DNA of 62,677 nt, the filler included, from Choristocarpus tenellus KU-1152 (lineage: Eukaryota; Protista; Phaeophyceae), in NCBI GenBank assembly GCA_964200185.2. It is 12 parts of 12 records of this genome, joined end to end, with 100 filler letters (N's around TTAATTAATTAA, not from the genome) between each part and the next. Parts side by side here need not be neighbours in the genome. Positions count along the whole stretch, not along the records: positions 35,897 to 42,874 come from CAXNAD020006933.1; positions 42,975 to 45,992 come from CAXNAD020022906.1; positions 46,093 to 56,446 come from CAXNAD020002975.1; 9 more parts are not named here. One strand, given 5' to 3'. Position 1 is the stretch's first letter. The number at the start of each line of letters is the position of its first letter. Position numbers and translations under genes: made by a program. The notes under the pieces were generated by a model that saw only the letters and a program-made list of their open reading frames with translations, did not search any database and was not told where the DNA came from. This document shows positions 37,399 to 50,637 of the stretch, in pieces.

Positions 37399-40300
37399 CT
37401 GTCTCTCCAAAACATAGGCAAAGTGTGTGAATACCAGGCCTCGACGCCTTGTCTCCTCTCTCCCAATGCATGTATCCTGCTGCCCAACAAGTAGCCGCCA
37501 TCCCCCCCACCTCGGTTTGTCATATCTGGCCAGTACCGGGGGGGCATGTTGCAGCCAAACCGTGGAATGGGGCTCAAAGATCCATGCACGGAGCCACTCA
37601 TCATTGGAGGAATGACCCCACCCGTCTGGTGTATCTGTCACCAAATCCTTCCCTACAAAGAAATGACAGTCAAAGTATGCACATTCTCTACCCCATTGCC
37701 GTTGTCCCAAATCCGTACCAATTGCTGCATCCCTAGCAGTGCCCATACCACCCCTCCAATTTCTAGTGAGGTTACCCAGCATCACATCCCATGTTTGTTC
37801 ATTGGCAACATTTTCCTCAGCGCCTTCAGGCCAAGTCGCTTGTGCAGCTGGACCTGATGATCCTGCTCCTGGTTCGACCTTTTCTTTCTTCCGCTCCTCT
37901 AGGAACATGTCTCTGATGCCAACGAGCTGAGCTGCAGTCCACATCTCATCCGCATCCACCTCTATGAGAAGGCACTCCTTCTTGATGGAAAATATCGCTG
38001 CGTTTAACATCTGGATCTTGTCACGCCACAGGCAAGCATTGTTCCCCTCCATCCCAGTCTCCGACCCAGACCTCTTTGAGCCGGCATGCCCCTCACAACG
38101 CCTGAGAAGGTGCATATTACTGTACTTGCGTCCTCCGTCCCCTTTTCCCACGCCATGACCTCTCTCCTCCCCTCCTTCACTCGCCAACCCCTCATCACGG
38201 ATCTCATCTAGGAACTCTGATGTCCCGTCCACGGACAGTCCGGTTACAGGATCATAGTACTCATTGGGGATGGGACTGGCGGAGTAAGGTTGATTGCGAT
38301 CAGCACGCCCAGCTGCTACGCCTTCCACTACATGCCACTCCCAGAATGTATGGGGGGGGGGTGGCAGTAAAGGTAGGGCAGGTGTGGTAGTGGGTGCTGC
38401 GGTGGATGAATGGGCACGTTCAGAAAGGATGCGGCCCACCTCTTGGAACACAGGGGGGTGATGTGTGATGAATGGCATGGCATTGAGAGCCATAGTGATG
38501 AAACAAAAAGGCAACTCCGGCATGTCAACCTGCTGGGGGTGTGACTCAGGTGCTTGTCTGCTTTTCCCCAACTGAGACCTCGTCATCGATATTGTCCCTG
38601 ATATTGAACAAGCATTGGCACGTGACTTCCTTGCTTGCAAACCACTCTCAGGCTGAGAATTAACTTGCGATGCTTTGCAGGTTTCTATCAACCCCTCTGC
38701 TTGGTCGCTGCCCTCATTCTCCTGCTTGTGTTCATAATTTCCTTGTTTAATTCCTGGATTCTCCTTTTTCTTTCTCGCTTCCTCCATCAAATTGGTGCCG
38801 GCCTCTGCTTCCCCCTTGCCTATGTCGTCTTGACCATGGACTTGTACTTCAACATTGTCAACCAGGACTGCAGAAGGCATGCCCACATGGAATCTCACCG
38901 CACGGAAGCTGGATGAGAAAGCAGGAATTAGAAAGCATGGGCGTAAGGTGTAGCCTACCTAGGATGCTTAGGTCAAGTACGGCAGGTGCACCAAGATAGT
39001 CTCAACACTCAATGGAGTCTGATATCACAGGAAAGGAAAAAGGAAAGAAGACACTTGTTGAACTGATGTGGCAATATAGGGGAAAGCTTCTTGTCTTCCG
39101 TTCATTCTTTGCCGGATAACTAGACATTAAACTTGCCATCCATCTATCCAAACAACAAATCAACTACAGAATAAATCTTCCTTGTCATATTTTTATACAT
39201 AAATCGGATACAATACCACGAGATTGCTTCCTGGAATATAATCCAGATAAAAATTGAACCATCCACAAATCCAGTAGCTATCAAAACTCATTCATTCCTT
39301 ATTTTATCCTCACAAGTATGTAATACGTATTGATTTATTGTCAGTCAAGCATATCCTTCCCTTCTCGGCAAGATTGAAACAAAATATGTTTGATTTGCAG
39401 TAAGAGCATCTATTCGTTAATTAATATAATTTCGTACTTTAGAGTTGCTCTTTGGTGTTTATATCTTCTGTAGCAGTGCAACACTTTTAACATTGTCAAT
39501 CGCGTATCAGGACAAAGCAGAAAGTTTCTTGCTTGATAGGTTTGCCATGGTCATGATGTTGATGGTGGTGCCCTTGCCTGTCCAATCCTATTTATGTGGT
39601 GGACCTTACTTCAATATACTACGAGATCTAGCCCACTGGTGTATCATAGGAGGTCAGCACGATCGAGCAGATCCATATACAGATCATGCACTCTAGTACA
39701 TCGATTCTTGGTTGTTATCCTCGCCCCTCACTTGAGGTGTCAACCGTAACAGTATTGAAGAGTATCATTGAAGCAACTATCTCATCTTCTTATCCTTGAT
39801 TCAAGGCAAATACTACCAGGTTGATCTATTTTATACTTCTACTCAAGGTAGATCCATTGAAGTCGTGTGATTCTACCTCTCTCTCCTTCACATGCCAGGG
39901 CTCACCTGTGTCTCCCCTCAGCATATGATACATCCCCACCACACGAAAGAGGTGTCATCCCTGGCAGTGTGTAGACCTCTGCGGTGAGTTCATGCCATCC
40001 TGGTAACAGGTCCTTCAGCTGCCCTTTCTCAAGGCAATTCGCAGCATTGTATCCTTTCAGGTAACTACATACCATTACCCCTAGACCTGAGCCCCACACA
40101 GTTCCCTGAATATCTTCCATATTCAATATGCTATCTGTCGATCCTCCTACCCCAGGTGCTCCAGCAAACAGCGACCCAGGCCTAGGCAGGCCTGGATCCA
40201 ACATGGAAAGGTCAAATTCAACAGGAATAAGATCTCCCACAAAGTATGCCTGTCCAGGCTTGGGGTGTACAATACTCCAGTCGCAGGTCCATCCTCCTGC

Positions 40301-42500
40301 CCCTTGCCTCCCTCCTTCACCCTCTCTTTTATTGACCCTACTCCCGCCCCATGTCTTACCCCATTTGGAGTCCCCCCCTTCAATGCGCCTGACTAACTGC
40401 TTCCGCTCCATCTTGACCTGGTGAAGGCGCTGTGAGAGCACCCCAATGCCTTGTAGAGCGCGTGAGTCCCTGTGCCTACCCAAGAGCAGCACTCTCTGAT
40501 AGCAGCGCAGCGCTGCTGATAGTTGTCCTCCTTTTTCCAAGACCTGCGCAATCTGGACCATCAAATCGGCCAGACTCTCCTCTACTGCGTCTGCACTCAA
40601 TCCAAAACCTGCTACGTGTGCTTCTACTGCTGGGTCAGCCTTCAATTCCATCCCCATCCCCTTACCTGCACCATCAGATTGCTCTTGTACTTTGCCTACA
40701 CAAGGAACACTATTGTGGAACGACCTCCGTCTCTCTCTAGGGTAGTCATGTTCACCCTTGTTTTCTGTGCCAAAAGTGGCAGTGTTTGCAGCACTTCGGG
40801 GAGACGGGGCATTCCATGCAGAATTGACTACTTCACGGAGCCCTTCCATAAGGAGGAGGATTTCTGCCTGTGAATCCATTGACGTCGAGGACTTTGCCCT
40901 AGCAAAGGATGCCATGTTCCTGGTCGCGGCCAAAAAGATGTCAAGGGGGACATTGTGCCTTCCTTCCAGACCACTGCCCGTATTCCTTCTCTGACAACCT
41001 CCTCTGCTGCCTGAACCACCTGTCGATGCACCTACATCATGATAGGCTGTGACCCTGCCACCTCTCCCAGCAGCTAGGGCAAGCACGTGTTCCATGCAGT
41101 CCCAGGCCCCTGTCCAGTCCCCCCCATGCCCCTGAGCCACTCCCTTGTACAATAGAGTAACAGGATCAAAAGGTGAAGTCGTGAGGATTGACTCTGCAAC
41201 TGCCAGAGATGATATCACATCACCCTGAAGCAGTGCCTCCCTAGAGCGAGAGCGGAGAGCAGTAAGGTTTGCCTCTATCTCCTCTGGTGTTGATCGTTCT
41301 CTGATTTGCTGTTTGCTATAATCCTTGCCCTCTACTCCAATTGTGCCCTCACCTGCTTCTGTTCTCATCTCCTGTGATGCCTCAGACCCTGGAGGTGTAT
41401 CCATTCGGCCAATTCCACGTTCGAGTGTCAGTTGATCTCTCAGGGATTGCAACTGTTCTACCAGTGTTGGAGGTGTGAGCTCCTTGTCAGCTTTCCCATC
41501 TGTTCCTCTATCAGCTCCTCCTGAGCATTGACTGAGAATTCTGCCAGTACCACATTTTCCCTCACAATTGCCCGACGTTCCTTCACTTATGTCTTGGGAC
41601 TCATAAGAATCAACAGCAAGAAGTGCTTGAGTATGTTTGAGGATTGTGCTCCCTATCCAACCATCATTGGCATTTGTCTCCACTCGGTGACTGCTGCTGC
41701 TACCCCCTGGCTTGATGCAGTCCATGACTATCGATACCTCCCCACGAGGATCACCTCCAGCTAAACTGCGCTTCACCATTCCCCACAGCCTTGCATCGGA
41801 GGATTGACCCCCATCTCTCTCGGTCCTAGGTTTCTCCCCCCTGCTGTAGGCCCCAAGTTGTCCCCCAACCAGCTTCACCGCCCCTCTGCTGCTAGATGGT
41901 ACTTCTTTATCATCCCATGACAATAGAGTGTTGTCGTTGACAACTTCAGTTTCGAGTGGCAGAGTTGTACTACCTCTCTCATCCTCCCCATCCACACGGC
42001 CCCCACATCTTCCTGTATTGCCCTTGCCACCCTCCCAATTTCCGCCTTCTACAGGGACAGGCACAAATCCTGCACTCCAACAAACATTAGCCAACAACTC
42101 AGGCGTGTACTGAACCAGGTGCCCGTCATGAATATCACCAGCTAATGCATCCTTCGACAACCAGGACGGAAATACAACACCTCCAAACTGTTGTGCCTCT
42201 ATCCCCTCACCCTCATGTCCGCCATCACTCCCAGCACTCTCAACGAGGTATCCTTCTCCATCATTGACGCCGGCACCTTGATTATTATTGGGTTTCCTTT
42301 TCATTTCTTGTTGAAAAGGTATAGCGTCACTAGAACCTGGGCCGGGTCGAGGGTTAGGCACGGCCAGCCTCAGCCTCCCGCCTTCACGGAGACTAGCAAA
42401 GCAATTTGCAGCTGCACGATGGGCGTCTTGTAGTGTGAGATGCTCCCACACATGCTCAGCCAAGTATGCATCAGCGAAACCGTGAGGTCCAAAGATGAAC
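37399..42500 (-). CDS. Partial multidomain protein: SAM-dependent methyltransferase-like + TPR + Ig-like segment + GT-A (GT2-like) glycosyltransferase; exons 42500-39906 and 38908-37399
   Basis: The 853-aa and 515-aa ORFs join in frame through a GTGAG...CAG intron (phase 2). MTase motifs DAYLAEHVWEHL..LREGGRLRLAVP; TPR-like DPVTLLYKGVA and AALRCYQRVL; GT motifs FITMALNAMPFITHH, WHVVEG, DGTSEFLD, EVDADEMW (DxD), GLVFTHFAY. Confidence 0.85.
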
Positions 42501-42690
42501 CTGATGAGGTGGGGGCAGGCGGAGGGGGGGGGGGGGGAGGGGAGGTTCAGGGTGGAAGGGAGGGGGGGGGGGGCGGGGGGGGGGGGGGGGGGAAGGTATG
42601 CTTACACACGGCATGGTTTGAGTCATACCACTTGGCATCCATCGCTGTCAGTGACTAGGTCACTCAAGGAGGGTAAGGCCGACTTATTGA

Positions 42691-42869
42691 GGCTCAAAGC
42701 ATCTGGAGGGAGGTGGTGGCTATCCATTTGGGGGTTTTCCATGTCATGATCTTTTGGTGATTTGGTTGGATGTGTCGAACAGATAATGTAAGTGCACTTT
42801 CCCTGGTCAGGGTCCGAATAGACACCCTGGTGTAGACCCCCCCCCCCCCTTTCCCAGATCCTTTCAGTC
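42691..42869 (+). mobile_element. MITE family A, diverged full copy
   Basis: GGCTCAAAGCATCTGGAGGG ... CCCAGATCCTTTCAGTC; intronic upstream of the methyltransferase exon. Confidence 0.88.
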
Positions 42870-43454
42870 TGGTGNNNNNNNNNNNNNNNNNNNNNNNNNN
42901 NNNNNNNNNNNNNNNNNNTTAATTAATTAANNNNNNNNNNNNNNNNNNNNNNNNNNNNNNNNNNNNNNNNNNNNTTTTTTAACCTTTTAATTGGAGGGGT
43001 ACGGCAAGGGTTTTTTGTGTTTTTTTTGGTCCCACCCTTTTTTTCTTTCCCCCCCCCCCCCCCCTTCACCCCTCACATTTCTATCTAGTGTTTAAGATAG
43101 TACCTAGTTTCTAACCTTGATTAGGGGTGCATGGATCATGTCGAGAATCTTGGGATGGGAGGGAGTCATAGGTCATACACTACATGGTAGCATTGATCAG
43201 TACTGACACAGAGGAGATCTACATACACATGCACATAGACACAACTAGGAATATATATTGAGATATTTAATATCACTACCTCCAATGCTAAACCCAGTTA
43301 CACCTGGGATTACTCTATTCCTCTTACGTACAGCTGTATCTAAATATGTATGCAAGATCACTACTGCCCTTGAATCCTTAAGCATGAATTTATTTATTTT
43401 TCCTCCCAGTACTAATATTCACCAATTTTCCTGTTTTGTTTTGTTTTTAATTAG

Positions 43455-43593
43455 CACCACAGCAGCATGGGAGGCACTAAAGGGTACACCTTGACGGCAC
43501 TCACCAAGCTCACCTGCAAGCTTGGGGGAGAGTGCTTCGTGGATATCGAGCGGTTTGTTGGGATTCACAGCAGCTCAATGAGCCTAGAGCTCC

Positions 43594-43630
<37 letters not shown>

Positions 43631-45992
43631 TTTGTTCTTTGGGGTTACGTTGTTTTGTTGGGAGGTGGGGGGGAGTAGAAGGTGGGTGTTTGGTAGTGAT
43701 GGTGACATCAACATGAAGAAATGATGTGTTGTTGATGTTGGTCTCAGTAAAAAATTGTGAAGATTTTTATTGTTATTTTATGTTGATAATATGCCTGTAC
43801 CTTGTTTTTGTCTGTGAGGTACAGTACCACAGTAGAGTCAAAATTGGTGTGAAGACCTTGGTGGAACTGTCGAAGTTGTGGACAGACGCATCCAAGTGAG
43901 TGGTGAAAGAAGACTGGCTCTATGTGTGTGGGAGGGAGATGGGGGGCTGGGGCGGGGTACTGTTTAGTTAGATGTACCGCTCGTTCTTACTTAGTCACTG
44001 GTTCAATGAACACAAGTTTAGCTCATTTTGGTGTGTCTGGTGCTTACACAAAGTACCTCGCCTGTTCTTTGTTATTATTTCTACAGTATTTTGGTGATTC
44101 CAGAGGCATCTATAAACCTATGCATATGCCTAATTGTGTGTATAGTTTGATTAAACAAGAAGGCTACACATACATGGAGGTTGTTAGTCTACACGCTGTA
44201 TGTACATATATGTGTGTATGTGTATGTATGTTTTTTGTTACCACAGGCTAGGTCATGTGAGTACCAGCAGTTGCTTGGTCTGGATCGGGAGGATGTTAGG
44301 GGTACCGTGTTGGACAGAATGCCTGTACCAGATGAGGAGACTGTTCGCAATCGACGAGCTCGGTTCAAAAATGAGGTGAGAGGAGGCGTTACTGGTTTGG
44401 ATGCACAGTGAACAAGGGGAGGGGAGGGGAGGAGATGGTGCCTGATCAAGCCTGCATGTGGTGCTTACGGAAAGCATGGTGGATACACCGAAGTAGCAGA
44501 AGATAGGAGGGTATACCCTAAATTGTGCACCCATCCCAAGAGCATGCCTCCTTCAACCGGGTGAAGATTAAGTGTACCGTAACCCCCTTTCACTGTTGCA
44601 AGGGTGGTAGGCTTGAGTCGAGTACGGATGTGTGGCATGATAAATAATAATAATAATAATAATAGGTAAAAAGTGCTGTGGTTAGTTAGTCTCCCGTGGG
44701 TGTCTAACGTTTGGACGATAATTGTGGTCAGGATCTAGGAGTGCTTTGGGATGGGTTTGAAGACAGGAACTTGTGTTGCATGAGCTGTGTGCATATTGTG
44801 GTGTAAGGATATCAAGAGTGTGATTAGGGGGGTAATAGTGCAATATTTTGAAATGATCGCAGAGGTGCATGCCGTGGTTAAAATGCTCGTTAGTACTGTG
44901 CTTTTGGTATGGCAGGGTTGTTTTGTTTTGTTTTTGGGGGGGGGTGGGCGATTGACAAATCTGGAGACATTTTCGTTCTCTTCTGTTTGTGAGTGAGAAA
45001 TGTAACAACCATGTAGCATGGTGTAAGTGTAGTTCCACCTATGCTGTCGATAGTTCCCTCCAGTAGTCATACTGTGCTGCCATAAAAAATGAGACCGTAT
45101 TTTTGATTGGTAGATTTGTAGGACATAAATTTTAATGCCCAGAGGTTATGTTAATTTTTCAGGCGGGAAGGAGCTTTTGAAATATTAGGACCTAGAAGTA
45201 TCAAGCATGGTACACACACTCCATGTATTTTGTATTTGTGGTGAAGTAGTGGGAGGTAGGTGGGGGAGGGGGGCCAGAGGAAACTTAAATTTGTGTTCAT
45301 AGCTGCAAATATATGGTAGAGTGGATGCACCTGATTTAGTTCTTTTGGTCAATTGGTTTTTCTAGACTGCAAAGGCGTTGCGTTGATTGGTGAACGCCTC
45401 CTACACCTCTTGAGTGAGCATTCGAACTGCGGTTACGACTAGGTAATGAGAGTATCCGCTTATTTTTGTGCGAAACTTATTTTGTTTTTATTTTTCATCG
45501 CTGTGTATCGAACACCACGCCTCCTCCAGTAATAGAGCACCCCCCAAATTTTGACACAACTTTTCCTCCGCTCTTTTTTTCTTTCCTCACACGCCATCCA
45601 GGGTGTGGAAGAGAGTGAGGATGGAGGGGATGCGAGAGATGCAGGAGAGAACGGGGATGGAGATGGTGGCTACAGGAGCAGTGATGAGGACTACGAGGAT
45701 GATGAGGATGATGGCCGATCCATGCCTTCTTTCAAGATATCCAAAGCTCGCTCGTCACGCTCCTCGAGAGCAAACTCCAAAGTGCTGCCTGCCCTTGCCC
45801 CGGTCTTGCCGCGAGGGTTCTCTGAGGGCAGGGGGATGATGGCCCCTAGCCTTGCCTCCAACACTGCTGGCTCAGGGGTCGCAGGGAGTAGTCAGGATTC
45901 GACCCTGAATAACCAACCAGTTGCCAATTTGTTGGACCTAGACGATCTGTTTGGAGGGGGCAATGGGGTGTCTACAGGGGGGAAGGGGGGAG
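43455..45992 (+). CDS. AP1G1: AP-1 complex gamma-adaptin, partial (exons 43455-43595, 44247-44375, 45602-45992+)
   Basis: Spliced TKGYTLTALTKL...SMSLELQ|ARSCEYQQLL...VLDRMP matches the gamma-adaptin trunk end (LELQQRSxEY..LERMP), followed by a hinge with clathrin-box LLDLD. Canonical GT-AG sites in phase. Confidence 0.85.
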
Positions 45993-46208
45993 NNNNNNNN
46001 NNNNNNNNNNNNNNNNNNNNNNNNNNNNNNNNNNNNTTAATTAATTAANNNNNNNNNNNNNNNNNNNNNNNNNNNNNNNNNNNNNNNNNNNNGAAAAAAG
46101 ACGAAGCCCTTGCTTACTCTAAAGGGGGCCTTGTGACAGGCATCACGAATATGCTTTTATTTATTAGATCCGATGTCTACATCAAAAGCTATGACAGGAC
46201 AACCCTGT

Positions 46209-46248
46209 TATCACTATACCTGCTATCACTATACCTGCTATCACTATA
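46209..46248. repeat. 15-bp tandem repeat TATCACTATACCTGC (~2.7 copies)
   Basis: Read directly from the sequence. Confidence 0.85.
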
Positions 46249-47419
46249 ATAGGACGTCAAAGATGGGTTACTCTTTTGAATGAATTATTTATTACATATA
46301 TTATTATTATTATTGGTAACAGTGAATCATCGTGGCCAAGTCGTTATCTGTCAGAAGCGAGGGAAGACCTTCAGCAACAACTACGAAGACCTGACAGAGA
46401 AGGGAGTAGTAGTAGAGGTGTCTATTCGGGAGAGAAGTTAATGCAGACGACCAAGTTTGTGAAGGAGATTCGACATGACCACTTCCCCAATAATGGTAGA
46501 AGAGAGTCCAGTCCATGGCCGTCACTACTGAACATGACCATGGCCACCACCCAAGCTTTTATAATTAAGTTTGAACATGGTCAGGTCCTTGGCCATCAGA
46601 TACTTCAACATGGGTTGGGCGTGGGCAGGCCCATAGTTATATTGTTGGACATCCTAAATGCCTAACCCAATGAAACGCGGTAAATATAAGGTCGACATCA
46701 TTCATTTGGGAGTTAGACTGGAAGAAGACTATATCTCTCCACCTATTTCACATTTACCCTTCATTTATTTGTAGAATAGAGATGGCCATCATAAAAATAC
46801 GATTAATTGTATTAAATTCAAATACTAATCGAAAATAAATGATAAAAAAAATGAGTTTGTCCTTCCTTGTTATCACTACTAACAATGGTAGTAATAGTAG
46901 AAGTTACAGTAGTTGACTACGTAAAACAATTTCAGAATAAAAAACACTATGATGATGACCTCAACTGATGTTTGTGTGAGGGTCAGAAAGGTAGATCCGA
47001 AACAAATTTAATCAACAATACTAAATCGTCAACTTTACTCTTCTTCTCCTAACCTTCGTCTACTCCTCACTATATTCATATACTAACTACATCTTAGAAA
47101 ATCCACGTACATAGTAGTAGTATGTATCCCTCACAAATCCATTCCCCCCCATCAACGCCTTAGCAAATAATGTACTGTTATATACAGTTCAACTATATTA
47201 TTTCTAGAACATACGAGGATGGAGAGGCGAAGGAGAAGAAGAGAGGAATAGGAAGTCAACATAATTGTTGTTGAGGTCCTTCCTTCACTCTTTCTCTGCT
47301 TCATCGTCTGTATGAAGTATTGAAAATAATAATGTAGTATTTATACTCCTACCTCCTAAATTCTATTTTACTTCTTGTCATAAACATTCTTGTTCTAATG
47401 TTTCGTCCCGAATGATTCA

Positions 47420-48030
47420 AGAAGGCAGTGAACGCAAAACAACCACCTCTACCAGCCTACACATAAAAAGTTTGGCGGAAATTGTGTGGCGGCTTTCAGG
47501 AAGGTAACTGAGCGATACAAATTTTCCTGATGGTTGAGTAACACCCACACAACAAACTGTGTGCATATCCATGAGTTTTTCTCGCCATCCATCCTCTTCA
47601 CCACACCATCCCAACCCATCCATGATATAGTCTTGATATAAATTATTTGTCAAGGGAGTGCTCAAATTGGGTGATGGTGTTTCGAGTAATAATTGATCCT
47701 TGATCATGTTCGGCACGTTGAACGGTCAACAGACTGTGAACGGTAAGATCAAGAAATCGAAAATGAATGTGATATTCTCTTTGGATGTTCTGTTTTACAC
47801 GGAGAAAAGAAATGGTAGGTAGATAACTGTTTGGAATTTCCAATTTTTGAATTTCTCCATGAAGATCTGGGGACCCATGGCCACAAATCAATAATCTCCA
47901 ACCAAAGACGTAACATGAAACATTGCATCAGACGATGTGTTACCATCCACCATCCACCAATGGGTTGGGGTAGATAGATCCTGCCCCTATCTTCCCTCCA
48001 CCTTGTACCGGTCAGCACCCCCTGGAACAT
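47420..48030 (-). pseudogene. Possible CACTA/Plavaka-like transposase remnant
   Basis: Minus frame has LMQCFML..LEIIDLW and HHHPI*ALP*QI...W..VVKRMDG, resembling DxMH and H..HLP.QI...W...ER..G motifs. Heavily broken. Confidence 0.25.
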
Positions 48031-48216
48031 TCCATTTCGATTCTAGTTGCACCTCTGTGAGGATTCGCTGCTGAAGTTATGTTCTCCTATCCCCAAGACG
48101 ACCACACCAGACCGCAGCCAGGACAGGATCCACAATCTGTCTTTCAGCTAGTTTGGCACGATGCCCCCGCGAAAAATGTGCAGGTCCAAGTCGACTCAAT
48201 CCCTCATCAAATTCAG

Positions 48217-50637
48217 ACAAACTGGCAGTCACCGGTCAATCGACGAGTTTTTTCCGTGCCGAATGTTGGACGAGATGTAGACGGAGCGAAGAGAACCCTT
48301 CGGTTGGCTCAGGTACGAAACTTGAGTTGACCACGAAGACATTGAACCAGTTCATATGCTACCTAATTTGGTACCTTGAACTTTGTACCATTGGCATATG
48401 ATCTCTTTTAGAAACGCACTGAACACTGCGACAAGTCACAGCAGGCTGTATTCAACGAACTTTGCATGAACACTCTGTAGACCTAATTCCGTAGACACAT
48501 TTGCCAATTCTGTGAAATGCTCTGTGGGAAACATGTTGATATGATTTGCTGAGATTCGAGCAGTCGCTGTTGGTTTCGAAATCTTTTTGGTGTCATCGTT
48601 AAGCCGTATCAATTGCCCTCTTTTGTGGACAGGCCGTTTGCTTCGATGTGGACAGCACTGTGTGCGCAGAGGAGGGCATCAATGTTCTTGCTGATTTCTG
48701 TGGCGCTGCTGAGGCTGTTGCGAACCTTACCAATCAGTGAGTGACTTGGTTATCTAGGATTTCCTGGTCTATGGAACCGTAATGCCTCTAGGTCGACAAT
48801 GACAACAAAGCAAGAGTATTTTCCTCCCCAATCCTTGCCACCCAAACTTGACCTCCACAGACCCACCCCTTCAGCTTTGTTAGTGCAATCTTCTGAAATA
48901 TGTTTCTTTCCCCCTCACCTTTCAAAGAGCCATGGGTGGATCCATGCTTTTCCAGGATGCCCTCGGGGCCAGACTAGATATCATGCAACCTTCAAGGACA
49001 ACAGTGGATCGGTGCCTCAGAGATCACCCACCTAGACTTTCTCCAGGTAAGGCTACGAAAGTCGCCCGAGGTTTAGAACGTGCTTCCCTTTTACCTCTGA
49101 GTGGTAAGCATGGTTTCATGATCACAGGTAAGGTTCAAGCTAACTTCAACCATCGACCGTTCCATCTCCTTGCTCTAGCTCACATTGTGGACATGTCGCC
49201 ACAATAGCTTTTGTGATACTTTGCTTTTTTTTCCCGAAGTAGTCTAAGGTCTTTCCTTCTCACACATTCTATGGCACGCCCTTCCCTTCGCCTTGGTGTT
49301 TTCCTGCTGCAAAATAGGCGTCAAGGAGTTCATTGGACTCCTACAGGAAAGGGGCACAGCAGTCTACCTTGTCTCGGGGGGTTTCCGACAGGTGTGATGA
49401 AAAGAAGCTTGATGAACTACATAGCGGAATGTTGCTTGATTACCACAATCTGTGTATGCACAGTACTGCAAGGTGTAAACATATCCTAGATGCAGGCGTA
49501 CGTCCTTGATCTCCAGTAACTGCCATATTTCTGCTATTGGAAGTCTATAATGGTTACAGGTGTGCCTTGAGTGCCACAGGTATTAAGTTAGAGCCAGTAC
49601 CTCTCCAATACAATATTTGCTATGTTGTGCGTTGCTCCTCTTTCATGCCTATGCCCTCGCATGCTTCAACGTGAACAGACATTGTCTATTTTAAACACCC
49701 TTACAGCTCACAACCTTTGTCTTCACCTTCCCCACCTCCTTCAAACACATTACATCCATTCATCCTCTCCCATCTACGCCCCCCTTATTGCCCAATGATT
49801 CGCAAACCCCTATTGGTGACTTTGTGAACAGATGATCAACCCTGTAGCAGATCTCCTGGGCATCAATCGCGCAAACATATATGCCAACAATCTTGTGTTC
49901 TCCCCTTCAGGGGAGTATGCTGGGTTTGATCCCGAGGAACCCACATCCAGAGATGGTGGCAAGCCTGTCGTTGTTCGCATGTGAGCACTTGCACTGAATG
50001 AAGGGGGGGGGGAGAGAGGATGGCACTGAAGGAAACTATTCTGCTTCAACTTTTAATACATGGACTATGTAATATTGAGTGAGTAATGGTGCCATGCTGA
50101 TGTTGGGTGGGACGTTGCACAGGATCCTCACAATTCTTGGGTGTAGATTGTGGTATATAGGTGATGTTTTGATAAATTTTGATGTTGAATGTTAAAATGT
50201 TGCTGTAGGTCGAAAATTGTAAGAGTGCAACCTTTTCACACTATTGACAAGGCTGACTAAGCTGTCCAACAGCCTGTCTGGAGCCCCTGCTAGGTCTGTG
50301 TATTGAGTGTAACTGCCAAGTTAGCCGGCCTCCACTGCTTATCTTCCTTTGACCTGATACCCACATCTTCTCCCCTCTATTCCATATCACACCCTCTCAA
50401 AATGCTTGGTCACATCGTGTCAACACCTTCAGGCTGAAGGACGCCTTCAACTACTCATCAGTTGTAATGATTGGTGATGGGGCTACAGACCTGCAGGCCA
50501 AACCCCCAGCGAATACATTTGTTGGATACGGAGGGGTTTCCATTAGATCGGCGGTACGACAAGGGGCAGATTGGTTTGTCACAGACTTCTCCGATCTGAT
50601 ACATGCCCTTAAAAACCCCACTGCCTTAGCACAGTAG
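48217..50637 (+). CDS. PSPH: Phosphoserine phosphatase (HAD family); exons 48217-48312 (5' end uncertain, possibly from 48079), 48633-48736, 48928-49046, 49318-49391, 49832-49980, 50433-50637
   Basis: Spliced protein has LRLAQ|AVCFDVDST (motif I), AMGGSMLFQDAL..RL, VYLVSGGFRQMI, IYAN, GFDPEEPTSRDGGKP and MIGDGATDLQAKPPA..FVGYGG. All introns GT-AG and in phase; TAG at 50635. Confidence 0.95.

Noticed and set aside
40128-42433. Several plus-strand ORFs
   Set aside because: Antisense shadows of the 853-aa minus-strand exon.
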